Positions 1-9,841 are shown, numbered from the stretch's first letter. The stretch: DNA of 64,000 bases from Anaerohalosphaeraceae bacterium (GCA_050309605.1 JBNRMN010000052.1:1-64000), one strand, 5' to 3'. The notes: generated by a model from the letters alone, not told the origin. Numbers and translations: made by a program.

Positions 1-1
1 A

Positions 2-1150
2 ACGTCGCGTCAGCAACTGAGCTGCATTCGAAACGGCGGGAACGTTCAGCGTGTTGTCCGCCACGCAGTGATAAAATCCTTCATCGGCGATCTGCACATT
101 CTCAATGACCAGCGTCGAAGCGGTTTGCCCGCTCAGCGCTTCGCCGTCTTTGTACCACTGATAGGTTTCGGCGTTCAGAGCGTGCACCGACAACTCCGCC
201 GCAGCGCCGATGTCAACGGTTTGAGCGGCGGGATGCTGCACGATAATCGCCTCGGCAGGCACGGTCGTAAACGACCAGACCGGTCCCACATACCGAATCG
301 GCGTCGGATCATTCGGCTCATACACATCCACCCGCCAATAATACGTCGTTCCGTTCAGCAACGAAACCGGAAGGCTGGTCTGGTCCGTCGAAGCCTCAAG
401 CGCCGACGGGTTGCCTTCGGCCACAAGCGTTTCGTTGGGGTCGATATAGACATCGTATCCCGCCGCCGCATACGCATTCGGGCCGACCCAGCTCAATTCG
501 ACATCCGCCGGTACATTATCCGCGCCGTTGGCCGGAACAGGTGTGTTGACATACGGTGTCACCGTGCTGTACGTCGCAATAAAATGGGGGTTCCAGTTGG
601 GTTGATTGATGGTGGTAAAACCGCTCTGGATAACACCGCCCCAGGGATAGGCCGTGCTGACTTCCTGTTCGACGCCGCCGGTGACAAGATTCCACGTCCC
701 TTCTTCTTCGCCCGGCACCAGCCACACGATGGCATACTGGGTGTCCTTATTCAAGGGGACATAATCAAACTCCCATGTCATCAGCGAATCAGGGTAGGTA
801 ATGGGAGTGGCTGCCATATTCACCGTATTGGTTGAAATACCGACAATCGTAGAGTTGTTGAGATTGCCGTCCCATGTCAAAACGCCCAAATGCGCTTCGC
901 CCGTTGCGCCAAATCCACTGGATGATTTGGCATAGGTCCAGTCCAGCAGATACATCACATCCGGCACCACCGTCTCGGCCGGATCCAGCGCCGTCTTGGC
1001 CGGGGTCATCACATGTGACAAGAAAGCCGCCTGATTGGTTCTAAAGAGAGGCTCCACACCATGAAACGTCTCGGTAAACGTGTCCGCAAAGGCAACCGAA
1101 CACAAGGCGATGAAAATCGCCGACACCAGTAATATGCTTTTATTCTTCAT
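2..1150 (-). CDS. Secreted modular protein (signal peptide + unassigned 'domain A' + FN3-like + Ig-like), 3' end runs off the window; paralogue of 1188..3137
   Basis: Absent from the ORF track (no stop in window). Manual translation from ATG 1150: MKNKSILLVSAIFIALCSVAFADTFTE...PDVMYLLDWTYAK...IVGISTN...MTWEFDYVPLNKDTQYA...YYWRVDVYEPN...GPVWSFTT...YQWYKDGE...DEGFYHCVADN, open to the window edge; GGAG-type RBS upstream; colinear with the 649-aa neighbour. Confidence 0.9.
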   Translation of the reverse strand, partial: MKNKSILLVSAIFIALCSVAFADTFTETFHGVEPLFRTNQAAFLSHVMTPAKTALDPAETVVPDVMYLLDWTYAKSSSGFGATGEAHLGVLTWDGNLNNSTIVGISTNTVNMAATPITYPDSLMTWEFDYVPLNKDTQYAIVWLVPGEEEGTWNLVTGGVEQEVSTAYPWGGVIQSGFTTINQPNWNPHFIATYSTVTPYVNTPVPANGADNVPADVELSWVGPNAYAAAGYDVYIDPNETLVAEGNPSALEASTDQTSLPVSLLNGTTYYWRVDVYEPNDPTPIRYVGPVWSFTTVPAEAIIVQHPAAQTVDIGAAAELSVHALNAETYQWYKDGEALSGQTASTLVIENVQIADEGFYHCVADNTLNVPAVSNAAQLLTRR

Positions 1151-1187
1151 AATCGTTCTCCTGTCAAACATAATGTTTCAATCGCCT

Positions 1188-3137
1188 TTAATCTACATTT
1201 CTGACGACATTGCTGTCCAGCCAGTTCTCCGCCAGGACCGCTAAATCGTACAGATCGACGCGGCAATCCCGATGTTCAGGCCCCACACCGGTCGGACCGG
1301 CGATGTCAAGTTCAGGGAATCGGGCACAGACATCATTATCCTTAATTTCACGATAGACCTCGATAATCTCATCAAGCGACAGCGGATAATTATAGATCCG
1401 GACATCATCGACGGAACCGGTAAAACCAAGCTGCGTATCCGCCTCGAATGCACCGCCGATCAGCAGATCGGTTTGCCCCGACGACAACGTCCCTTGAATC
1501 CCTGCGACATCCTGCAGAACTTCAAAGGTATCGCCATTATTGTAGATTCCGTAAGTGCGCCGCTCCTGCGTGGCCGGATCATAGGTCATCGCCGCAAACC
1601 GCCAGCCGTCGGATTGATCGCCCGGCACCGCCGTGACCCAGGGGCCTCCATCCAGAAGCGTCGCGATTTGTTCGTTTTGGCCTTTTCCAATCGCATAGGA
1701 TCCGGTTTTACTGACCGCCCTGCGGTAATCCCGACCCGACGGACCGGCCACCCAGGCCGTTACGGTCAGCCCATTGGGGTGGAAATTGAAGAACTGGGCA
1801 CTGTTCGGAATCCGAACCACCCTGATTCCATTAAACCGGGCAGCGCCCTGCGGCGTCCCGTCTGCCCCCTCGACATAGCTGACCGGTTCTGTTGCCGGCT
1901 CGCCTTCTTCAATATACACGCCGTCCCAGTTCTCATCCATTTTAGTTACAATCGCCTCAAGCGAACCGTCCAGCGGCCAGTGAGCAATCAGACGCCGAAT
2001 CATCAGCCGCGCCGGATTCGATGCCTCCGGTACTTGACGCTCATTGTCCACAACGCAGTAATACTCCCCTTCATCGTCATACTGAGCATTCTCCAGCGTC
2101 AGAACAGGTGAATCCTCCCCTATCGGCACACTGTTGCCGTCCGGCAGCACCTTGTACCACTGATACACCGTCGTGTTCTCCGCTTCCACGGAAAATTCAG
2201 CCGTGCCGCCTTGCGGTACGGACGTATTGACAGGATGCATCGTAATCACGGCTCTGGCCGTAACCGTCGAAAACGACCACACCGGACCGGTATGCACGAC
2301 CGGCGTCGGCTCGTTCGGTTCAACAGCCTCGACGCGCCAGTAGTAAGTCATATCGTTGTCCAGGGTCGGAACGGGAGTAAACGTCAACTCCTGCTGAGCG
2401 GGACTGTAATACATCGCATCCTGAGCCGTCAGGTTCAGCTCATTCGGATCCAGATACACCGTGTAAGATAAGGCCTCATAGGCCTCCGGACCCTCCCACG
2501 ACAGCGTCACTTCAGTCGGCACATTGATCGCACCGCTGGCCGGATAGGGACTACCGGCCACTTGGCGTTGACTGACACTGTAGGTCGCCTGAAACTGACT
2601 GTCCCAGTTATTGGCAATTTCACCTATACGAATCCAGCCGCCGCCGTCGTAGGGGCTGCCTGTCGTCATCCGAACCTCGCCGCGGATTCCGGAAGTGATT
2701 TCGCCCCCCACATACTGAACAAACATCATGGCGTACTGGGCATTGGCATCCAGCTCCAGATAATCAAACTCCCATATCATCAGCGCACCGGGGGCAAACG
2801 CTGACATATCCAGGGCGTTGGTTGACACGCCGACCAATGTGGCTTCGGTCATCTCGGCGACAGTCAACGCTGAAAAAACCGCCAGATAGGTCTGGCCGCC
2901 CTGAGGCACACTCGAAGGCGACCGGAAATACCTCCAGTCCAGCAGATAGACCGTTTCCGGAACGCTGAACCCCTCCGGACTTATCAGACCGGCGTTCGGG
3001 GTAAACGTCTGTCCCCAGCCGTTGGCTTGGTCGGCCACCTGATCAAACAGGGGGTTTCCGGCGGTAAACGTCGCTGCGCCGGCCGTAAGGGACAACCCTG
3101 CCAAAATCATCAAGCCTGCAATTAATTTTGTTCTCAT
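1188..3137 (-). CDS. Secreted modular protein: domain A + FN3-like + Ig-like + LamG-like jellyroll + C-terminal dockerin-like motif
   Basis: Signal peptide; YYWRVEAVEPN..GPVWSFST; Ig motifs YQWYK...DEGEYYC; LamG-like AHWPLDG...FTGSVDDVRIYNYPLS; C-terminal DCRVDLYDLAVLAENWL; GGAGG RBS. Confidence 0.85.
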   Translation of the reverse strand: MRTKLIAGLMILAGLSLTAGAATFTAGNPLFDQVADQANGWGQTFTPNAGLISPEGFSVPETVYLLDWRYFRSPSSVPQGGQTYLAVFSALTVAEMTEATLVGVSTNALDMSAFAPGALMIWEFDYLELDANAQYAMMFVQYVGGEITSGIRGEVRMTTGSPYDGGGWIRIGEIANNWDSQFQATYSVSQRQVAGSPYPASGAINVPTEVTLSWEGPEAYEALSYTVYLDPNELNLTAQDAMYYSPAQQELTFTPVPTLDNDMTYYWRVEAVEPNEPTPVVHTGPVWSFSTVTARAVITMHPVNTSVPQGGTAEFSVEAENTTVYQWYKVLPDGNSVPIGEDSPVLTLENAQYDDEGEYYCVVDNERQVPEASNPARLMIRRLIAHWPLDGSLEAIVTKMDENWDGVYIEEGEPATEPVSYVEGADGTPQGAARFNGIRVVRIPNSAQFFNFHPNGLTVTAWVAGPSGRDYRRAVSKTGSYAIGKGQNEQIATLLDGGPWVTAVPGDQSDGWRFAAMTYDPATQERRTYGIYNNGDTFEVLQDVAGIQGTLSSGQTDLLIGGAFEADTQLGFTGSVDDVRIYNYPLSLDEIIEVYREIKDNDVCARFPELDIAGPTGVGPEHRDCRVDLYDLAVLAENWLDSNVVRNVD

Positions 3138-3347
3138 TTTGAAAACCTCCGCTAAAATATTAAACTCTATCGGCAGCGAATCGTTCGCTGCTCATCTGTT
3201 TTCTTGTTCACGGTTCCGTTGTTCGCTTCCCCTGAAAATACCTTTGATATTCCCGCTGACACAATTCCTGATCTTATTTCTTGCATACCCATTGCTGTAC
3301 CGCATTGCTCACTGCTATATCACATCACACCGGCAGTCGTTTTTTTC

Positions 3348-3388
3348 AAAAGGCAGCGGCGGCCGGGATACACCGCGCAGCCGCTGCC
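3348..3388 (-). terminator. Possible intrinsic terminator downstream of the PEP-CTERM genes
   Basis: Stem GGCAGCGGCGGC / GCAGCCGCTGCC (one mismatch) followed on the minus strand by TTTT. Confidence 0.45.
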
Positions 3389-3484
3389 CCGTTTTACGTT
3401 CACAGCGCTGATTCGCAGTTGGGTGATGACACTGACCCTTGCCGTGCGTTGTTTGGAGCCGAAAAAATAATGTGACTGTTTTTC

Positions 3485-3562
3485 ACCACGAAGAACACGA
3501 AGATCGCCAAGGAAATCCTTTTATTCACTACTATCTTCGTGTTTCTTCGTGCCTTTCGTGGT
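3485..3562. repeat. Inverted pair of short tandem CACGAAG-type repeats
   Basis: ACCACGAAGAACACGAAGATCGCCAAG ... CTTCGTGTTTCTTCGTGCCTTTCGTGGT, about 9-10 nt periodicity, arms are mutual reverse complements. Confidence 0.7.
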
Positions 3563-3605
3563 TCAATGATCCGTGAATCAGTCATTTTATTTCTGTGCGA
3601 TCTCT

Positions 3606-4268
3606 CTACGCCCGTCGCCGACGCAGCAGCGCCACTGCACCGAATCCCAGCATCGACAGCGTTGCCGGTTCGGGAACGACGACCGAAACATTGTCAATGC
3701 CCACGAACGGGGCGGTCGCATCGGTGCCTGTAAAGGCGATCTGGATAAACAACATCTCGTCAACCCCAACCGTGCCGCTGTTGAAATGAATGGTCGTCAT
3801 CTGGTCGTCATAGGTCCCTTTGATCCCAATATCATCATTCCCGTCACCGCGTGCGACAACATCCAGCGGGCCGCCGATCACGCTGCTGGCCGTGCCCAGC
3901 GTCTGACCGACCAGCAGGTCAACCCAGGCGGTTGCGGTTCGGGCAGGGTCATCCGTCTCGCACACGATCGCGGCAGAAAAGATATAATCCGTATCCGCAG
4001 CCACGGTTATACCTCGGCTGTTAATCCCGGTCCCTGCCGCGGCATTGGCGGAGCTGGCGATCCACAGTGTCTGACCGCCAAAATTGCGCCAGGTATAAAA
4101 AATACGGCTGGCATTGGAACCTGAACCTTGGCCGTTCCAGGTCCAGTTACCGGTGGCACTGAAGTCGGCCGGGTCGCTCAGCGGATAGGCCTCGAAATCA
4201 TCGACGAAGACCGCGCTTGCCGCGGTCGCCAAGGCCACAATCATTGTTAATACTGCCAATCTCTTCAT
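3606..4268 (-). CDS. PEP-CTERM sorting domain protein carrying unassigned 'domain B'
   Basis: Signal peptide MKRLAVL...ASA; C-terminal VPEPATLSMLGFGAVALLRRRRA; GGAGGT RBS favours ATG 4268 (ORF track start 4283). Confidence 0.9.
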   Translation of the reverse strand: MKRLAVLTMIVALATAASAVFVDDFEAYPLSDPADFSATGNWTWNGQGSGSNASRIFYTWRNFGGQTLWIASSANAAAGTGINSRGITVAADTDYIFSAAIVCETDDPARTATAWVDLLVGQTLGTASSVIGGPLDVVARGDGNDDIGIKGTYDDQMTTIHFNSGTVGVDEMLFIQIAFTGTDATAPFVGIDNVSVVVPEPATLSMLGFGAVALLRRRRA

Positions 4269-4331
4269 CGTCATTACCTCCATACTAAAAGTTAAGATTA
4301 CGTTAATGACAGATCATCTACTGTGTGCCGA

Positions 4332-4961
4332 TCATGCGCGACGCCGACGCAGCAGCGCCAATCCGCCCAGCCCCAGCATCGACAGCGTCGCCGGTTCGGG
4401 AATATAGGTCGCCTGAAACTGGCCGTCCCAGTCATTGGCGATCTCGTTGATACGCACCCAGCCGCCGCCGGTGTATTGGTTGCCGACCGTCAAGCGAACC
4501 GCCCCCTTGACGATTTGCAGTACATCCTCATTGTACTGAACAAACATCATCGCATACTGCGTGTTCGCATCCAGTTCCAGCGCGTCAAATTGCCAAGTCA
4601 TCAGGTCGTTGGCCGCAAAATCCTGTGCATTGAGCGCATTGGTGGATACACCAACCAGCGCAGCATCAGTCATCCCGGCAACCGTCAATGCCGAATACAC
4701 CGCCAAATAGGTATCGCCCGGCGCCGGCAAGTTGGTTGTCGAATCCGTTTTGGCATACGTCCAGTCCACCAGATACACGGTATCCGGAACGACATAACCT
4801 TCCGGAAGGATTTTGCCGGCGTTCGGCGTAAAAATTTGTCCCCACCCGTCGGCGCGATTGTCCCATGTGCCGTACGTCGGGTGCCCGGCCGTAAACGTCG
4901 CAGCGGCGACTGCCGACAAGGCAATCACCATCGCCAGACTTAACATCATTTTCGTTTTCAT
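4332..4961 (-). CDS. PEP-CTERM sorting domain protein consisting of domain A
   Basis: Signal peptide; C-terminal IPEPATLSMLGLGGLALLRRRRA; GGAGG RBS. Confidence 0.9.
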   Translation of the reverse strand: MKTKMMLSLAMVIALSAVAAATFTAGHPTYGTWDNRADGWGQIFTPNAGKILPEGYVVPDTVYLVDWTYAKTDSTTNLPAPGDTYLAVYSALTVAGMTDAALVGVSTNALNAQDFAANDLMTWQFDALELDANTQYAMMFVQYNEDVLQIVKGAVRLTVGNQYTGGGWVRINEIANDWDGQFQATYIPEPATLSMLGLGGLALLRRRRA

Positions 4962-5066
4962 CAGTCAAACCTCCACTCATATGAAATAGGTTATCTCATC
5001 GGCGGACCATCCGCCAATTGTTCATCAACCGACATCTTACAATCTCTTTTCTGCTTTCAAGCCGCT

Positions 5067-5897
5067 TTATCGCCACGTTTGAGGGATATAAAAATACCCA
5101 TCCGAACTCATCATCGTCTCCTGACCGGTGTAGCGTCGGACGCTGCCGTCGGCATAACCGGCATTCATTCGCAATTCTTCCATTTCCGTTGGAAGCCGAC
5201 CGGTAGAGGGAATTGAGCCGGGGGCAGGCACATAAATCCAGAAAGACGCGCAATAATTCCCATACATAGGATCTCGGTCGTAATCTTTGAATAGGCCGGA
5301 ACCACGCCGCGGCCGATGCGCCAGCCACCAGTCCTCAGCCACGCCGGGCCAATTGTAAATACTGTCGGACAACAACAACTGAGCGCTGGCTTTGGTCTCA
5401 CCTCTGCCCTTGGGTCCTGTAAACTGCCGACCATCGAGCATCGCCATGGAATAACCGCCCCAGTATAAATTGTACGAGCAGTTTGTACCTTCTCCGGAGT
5501 CTTTGTAATTGACGTATTGATACTGCAATTCGGAATAATCCCTCGTACGTCCCAGGGGACACATAAAGGTGTCAACCAGAGGCAGATAGCCCCCCAAATA
5601 ATAATACGTGCCTTCATTTTCGGCCCAACCGGCAACGCCCTGATGGTAATTCAGGTAATTGGCCACGCTGAATGTTCCGTTTGTACGTTCAGCCGGATGG
5701 GGAGGCAGAACACCTTGATTGTCAGCGGCGTAGGCCAGCACGCCCTTAACCGTCTGATTCATATTGTTGGCGCAAACAATCAACTTCGCGGCCTCCTTGG
5801 CCTTGCGCAAAGAAGGCACCACAATGGACATCAACAGTGCGATGACGGCGATGACCACGAGCAGTTCGATCAGCGTAAACGCCCTTCGATTCTTCAT
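5067..5897 (-). CDS. Prepilin-type N-terminal cleavage/methylation protein (planctomycete DUF1559-like)
   Basis: MKNRRAFTLIELLVVIAVIALLMSIVVPSLRKAKE...C.NN; C-terminal MNAGYADGSV; start placed at ATG 5897. Confidence 0.88.
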   Translation of the reverse strand: MKNRRAFTLIELLVVIAVIALLMSIVVPSLRKAKEAAKLIVCANNMNQTVKGVLAYAADNQGVLPPHPAERTNGTFSVANYLNYHQGVAGWAENEGTYYYLGGYLPLVDTFMCPLGRTRDYSELQYQYVNYKDSGEGTNCSYNLYWGGYSMAMLDGRQFTGPKGRGETKASAQLLLSDSIYNWPGVAEDWWLAHRPRRGSGLFKDYDRDPMYGNYCASFWIYVPAPGSIPSTGRLPTEMEELRMNAGYADGSVRRYTGQETMMSSDGYFYIPQTWR

Positions 5898-5995
5898 TTT
5901 ATGATCCTTTCCATTGGATGTTGCTGCATTTATATTGCTGCACCATGTCATTCAGTCGTCTCACATCCATCGCCGTTAAGATGCAATGGATCGTT

Positions 5996-7366
5996 TCACG
6001 GCGAAATACAGTTGATATTCGCCGGATCAGTGCAGCTGAGCCAATCCTGTGCCAATAAGACAAAATCCTTAAAATCAACGTAACAATCCCGGTTCAAATC
6101 GCCCGGCAGATACGTTCCGGGCGTAAAACAGCCGTCCAGAAAATCTTCGACTTGCTGTCCGTCCAAAAGCCAGCTCAGGTTAAACCGGACAAACTGAGCG
6201 CCTTGATACATATAATTAGGGCCGCCTTCAAACATCAGATAAATCCAGCCTTCGCTCGGCGTGCCCGGTCGGCCTGCGGTCATTGATGAATAAGCACTGG
6301 GACCGTCAAAGACCAGCCGCTTGACCGGCCACGTCTTGCCGCCGTCAAAACTGCCCCACACCGTCATTCGCTGACGTCCGCTGTTTGAATCAATATTACT
6401 GAAGATCAAAATGTCCTGATCTCTGACCGGCAGTCTCACCAGACCGCCCATCAATCCATAGGTACTGTCCTGATTGCCGTCGGGCAGGACGTCACTGACC
6501 GACAAATCCTGCCAGGTGTGGCCGTCGTCATAACTCCAGGCGATATGCCGCCACAGCGGACTCAAGCCGTCGGTGGACAGGTGGCGACGTGAATTGTAAT
6601 TGATGACGCCGCTGGACAGCTCCGCCAGCGCCGCCTCGCCGGTCCCCAGGGCGGGAAACGGGGCACTGGTTTGCCACGTGTATCCCCCGTCGTCGCTGTA
6701 CATGGCGCAGTTATAATGAGTCGGCCAGCTCTCTCTGGCATTACTCCAGCCCGGCATCACCCGAGCGGGCATCAGCAGCCGCCCTTTGTGCTGACCATAC
6801 CGCAGCGTAATGCCGGAATCCGCGCCGTGCGTAAACGCGCTGCCGGCCTGGTACATTTCGTCGTTAATGACCGTCGCTTCATTGGCGGCAACAATGTCTT
6901 TTCTCTGGCCGTTGTGCTCCCAGGTCTTGCCGTGGTCGCCGCTGCGCCAGGAATGCCCACTCTCCCAATCGCCGCCGACGCCGTCCATAAACACAATCAC
7001 ATCGCCGGTGGTTTCATCGACCACCGCCGCGCCCAGCCCGACACCGGCCATGGCGGGATCGTCGCCAATCACAATTTGATCCCCCCATGTCGCCCCGCCG
7101 TCCTCACTGCGGCGAACGCGGGGCAGCGTATTATTCCCCCAAAACGCCAGCACTGTTCCGTCCAGTGCGACCACAATGCTTGGAAACCGGCCGCCCGTAT
7201 AAATCTGCTGCATTTCCATCGCAGGCTCTGCCAGAAACGAATCCAGCTGCGCATCCTGATACTCCAGATTGGCAGCTCCCAGCGCAACCGGCCTGAGCCA
7301 ACCCGTAACAGAAAAAACCGCGATTGCGAATACGAGTGTACATGGTGTTATTCGATTGTCAGGCAT
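5996..7366 (-). CDS. Sialidase (GH33 family) with C-terminal dockerin-like motif
   Basis: RFP (RIP-like) motif, five Asp-boxes (SEDGGATW, SGDHGKTW, SDDGGYTW, SYDDGHTW, SFDGGKTW), AYS nucleophile Tyr, signal peptide, PGDLNRDCYVDFKDF..LAQDWL; ORF track start 7381. Confidence 0.85.
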   Translation of the reverse strand: MPDNRITPCTLVFAIAVFSVTGWLRPVALGAANLEYQDAQLDSFLAEPAMEMQQIYTGGRFPSIVVALDGTVLAFWGNNTLPRVRRSEDGGATWGDQIVIGDDPAMAGVGLGAAVVDETTGDVIVFMDGVGGDWESGHSWRSGDHGKTWEHNGQRKDIVAANEATVINDEMYQAGSAFTHGADSGITLRYGQHKGRLLMPARVMPGWSNARESWPTHYNCAMYSDDGGYTWQTSAPFPALGTGEAALAELSSGVINYNSRRHLSTDGLSPLWRHIAWSYDDGHTWQDLSVSDVLPDGNQDSTYGLMGGLVRLPVRDQDILIFSNIDSNSGRQRMTVWGSFDGGKTWPVKRLVFDGPSAYSSMTAGRPGTPSEGWIYLMFEGGPNYMYQGAQFVRFNLSWLLDGQQVEDFLDGCFTPGTYLPGDLNRDCYVDFKDFVLLAQDWLSCTDPANINCISP

Positions 7367-7435
7367 TCTTCTTTCTTCCAAACAAATAATAAGTTCATCT
7401 GTTCCGATACAACCACGCTGACCGTTTCGTTGACA

Positions 7436-8506
7436 TTACGGCACAAGACAACGGTCAGGCCATGTCGTATCCGTGCACAACATCCAACCATCCGCCATCA
7501 TCGCCAAATCCAATAAATCAACATAACAATCCCGATTCAGATCGCCGGGCAGATAGACCGTCCCCGGCTGACCGCAATAGGGGTCCTGGCCGTGAATCAT
7601 AATGATCACCTCGTCGATCGGCTGATGATGGAAATCCGGATCGAGGCTCTCAACCGTGTGAACCAGTGTGATGGACCGCAACCGACCCGGAATGGGAACC
7701 TGCTCGGTCGCCGCCGTTACGGTGTGTACACCGGACTGCATCGCCGCAAACTGCAGCGTGATCGGCTGTGCCGGCCCGGCGCCGAGATCGACTTCGGCCG
7801 CATAATCACCGAGCGGGGCCACTGTCACCTCCACTGGCTCGGCAGGTTGGCCGCACAGAATGATGTTATACGAATCCGAAGGCGATTCAGACGTGAGATT
7901 CAGTGTGTTGTTTTCGGCGGTGATGATCAGTCCCTCGGTCATATACGCTGCCCGGTAATGCGGATCCCAGTCATTGGCGATGTCATCCACCCGAATCCAG
8001 CCGCCGCCGGGATACGGGTCGCCGGTGGACATAACAACCGCCTGACTTCGGAAAATCCCCGATGCGTCCGGCGTACTTGAAAACATCAGGGCGTATTGCG
8101 TCTCTTTATCCAGCGGGATGCCGTCAAATGCCCAGGTCACCAACACGCCGTTTCCCGCCGCGGCCATATCAACCGCCGTTGACGAAACGCCGAGCAGGTT
8201 GGATGCATTCATCTCATCGGGGTCCAGCTCGGAAAAAATCGCCAGATAGACATCCCCCGCCGTTTGGCCGAAGCCGGAATCGCTTGTTTTGTACGTCCAG
8301 CCCAACAGATACACCGTCTGCGGCAGTTCCAGACCTTCAGGTTCTATCATTCCAACGCCGGGCGTAAAGGTCTGCCCCCAGCCGTTGGCGCGGTCATCTG
8401 AAAACGTTCCGAAACCGCTGGTAAACGGAGTTGCCCCCGCCGCGGTTGAAATCAACAGTATGACCATACAAATCCTGCTCATAAAGACATAAAAACCGCT
8501 TTTCAT
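7436..8506 (-). CDS. Secreted protein: domain A + probable beta-sandwich spacer + dockerin-like motif
   Basis: Signal peptide; GWGQTFTP...TVYLLGWTY...TQYALMF...GGGWIRVDDIANDWD; C-terminal PGDLNRDCYVDLLDLAMMADGW; GAGGAG RBS. Confidence 0.85.
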   Translation of the reverse strand: MKSGFYVFMSRICMVILLISTAAGATPFTSGFGTFSDDRANGWGQTFTPGVGMIEPEGLELPQTVYLLGWTYKTSDSGFGQTAGDVYLAIFSELDPDEMNASNLLGVSSTAVDMAAAGNGVLVTWAFDGIPLDKETQYALMFSSTPDASGIFRSQAVVMSTGDPYPGGGWIRVDDIANDWDPHYRAAYMTEGLIITAENNTLNLTSESPSDSYNIILCGQPAEPVEVTVAPLGDYAAEVDLGAGPAQPITLQFAAMQSGVHTVTAATEQVPIPGRLRSITLVHTVESLDPDFHHQPIDEVIIMIHGQDPYCGQPGTVYLPGDLNRDCYVDLLDLAMMADGWMLCTDTTWPDRCLVP

Positions 8507-8537
8507 CAAAACTCCTCTAATGAATATTGGATACCAC

Positions 8538-9293
8538 TTATGGGTTCCGTCTGATGTCGCCGGAAATATTCAGCAGCTTGAAAATATATAGAAAATGCCT
8601 CGAAATCAGCTCGGCGGCGTCCTGACTGCTGCGCCGCACGAGAGCGTCATACAGTTCACGGTGAGTGGACATGCCGGGCGCTTCGAGAAGCGTGCTGTAT
8701 TGCTGTGTCCCCATCGACCGAACAAGCACCTGAAAAGCCATCGCGTACCATTGCATCAGTTTGGGACGATAGACGCGAACATACTGAGGCCCCCCGGCCA
8801 TCTTATTAACGGTCAAATGAAAATTGATGTCTTCTTGCCTGAACACGTTGATATCAGAGCTTTGCATAGCCTTGTCCATCCGCTCGATAATCCGGCCCAG
8901 CACAGTTAGTTGCTCATCGGTAATGCTCGAGGCAAGACCGTAAAATGAACCCGTCTCAAAGTTCACCCGAAAACGATAAATATCCAGCGCAATTTCAGGG
9001 TCGCTGAAATCCACCAGAAAAGAACCGCGATTGCGATCCGTATAAAGCCAGCCTTCCTGGCGAAGTCTGTAAAACGCCTCGCGAACAGGGCCGTTGCTGA
9101 CCTGCAGTTCTTTGGCCACCACCGATTCGGTAATCTTGCCGGCGTAATGGATTTGTGTTTCGGGGTCTTCTCCGGGAAACACAATCTCGCGCAGGATGTG
9201 CTCGTACACCTCCTCGGCCAGCGCACTGCCTTTTCGAGAACCCTCGTGAAAAGGAATATAATCAAAAATCTGGTGCATAGGAACGGCGGACAT
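8538..9293 (-). CDS. GntR family transcriptional regulator (FCD-type C-terminal domain)
   Basis: LAEEVYEHILREI...ITESVVAKELQVSNGPVREAFYRLRQEG wHTH; DINFH and H..LYDAL...D FCD-like motifs; start uncertain (9401/9326/9293/9278). Confidence 0.85.
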   Translation of the reverse strand: MSAVPMHQIFDYIPFHEGSRKGSALAEEVYEHILREIVFPGEDPETQIHYAGKITESVVAKELQVSNGPVREAFYRLRQEGWLYTDRNRGSFLVDFSDPEIALDIYRFRVNFETGSFYGLASSITDEQLTVLGRIIERMDKAMQSSDINVFRQEDINFHLTVNKMAGGPQYVRVYRPKLMQWYAMAFQVLVRSMGTQQYSTLLEAPGMSTHRELYDALVRRSSQDAAELISRHFLYIFKLLNISGDIRRNP

Positions 9294-9417
9294 CGTGTGT
9301 GTGATCTCCCTGAGAGGACTCATTGGCAATACCTTTCCGACTATTTCATAAATCCCAATCTGAGCGATTAGACCGAAGATAGCTGATAAACACTTAATCA
9401 CTTAAGTACTTAATTGA

Positions 9418-9446
9418 ATTATAGTGGAACGCCGCTTTGGATACAA
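9418..9446 (-). promoter_or_regulatory. Sigma70-type promoter for the gntR-led minus-strand gene run
   Basis: Minus strand TTGTAT-N17-TATAAT. Confidence 0.65.
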
Positions 9447-9841
9447 GAAAAATTTTCTGAAGAGAAAAAAATTTCAGACAAATGCCATTAAATGTAAATT
9501 GTAGGTTTTTTATATCCCCTACAAAGCAATACATTGTTCCCGCGCGTGCCGGCCTGGAATAATGTGATTTATCCATTAACTCAAACGGACCGAAAACTGG
9601 CTCTATTTTGACATAACTATAATCCATAAAGAATGTTACAGTATTCTGACAAAGGCCGTAAAAAGGACTCGCCCGAACGGGATAATCCTCAATTATGCTC
9701 TTTAATCTTTGATTTTTGATCTCTCAAACTGGCCATCGCTCAGTTGGAGTTAATAACATAATTTTAAGGGTCTTGAAATATCACAACCGTTCGCCGGTTT
9801 TTTTCAGTTTGACCCTTTCGTTTAGGTAAGTCAATAACCGT

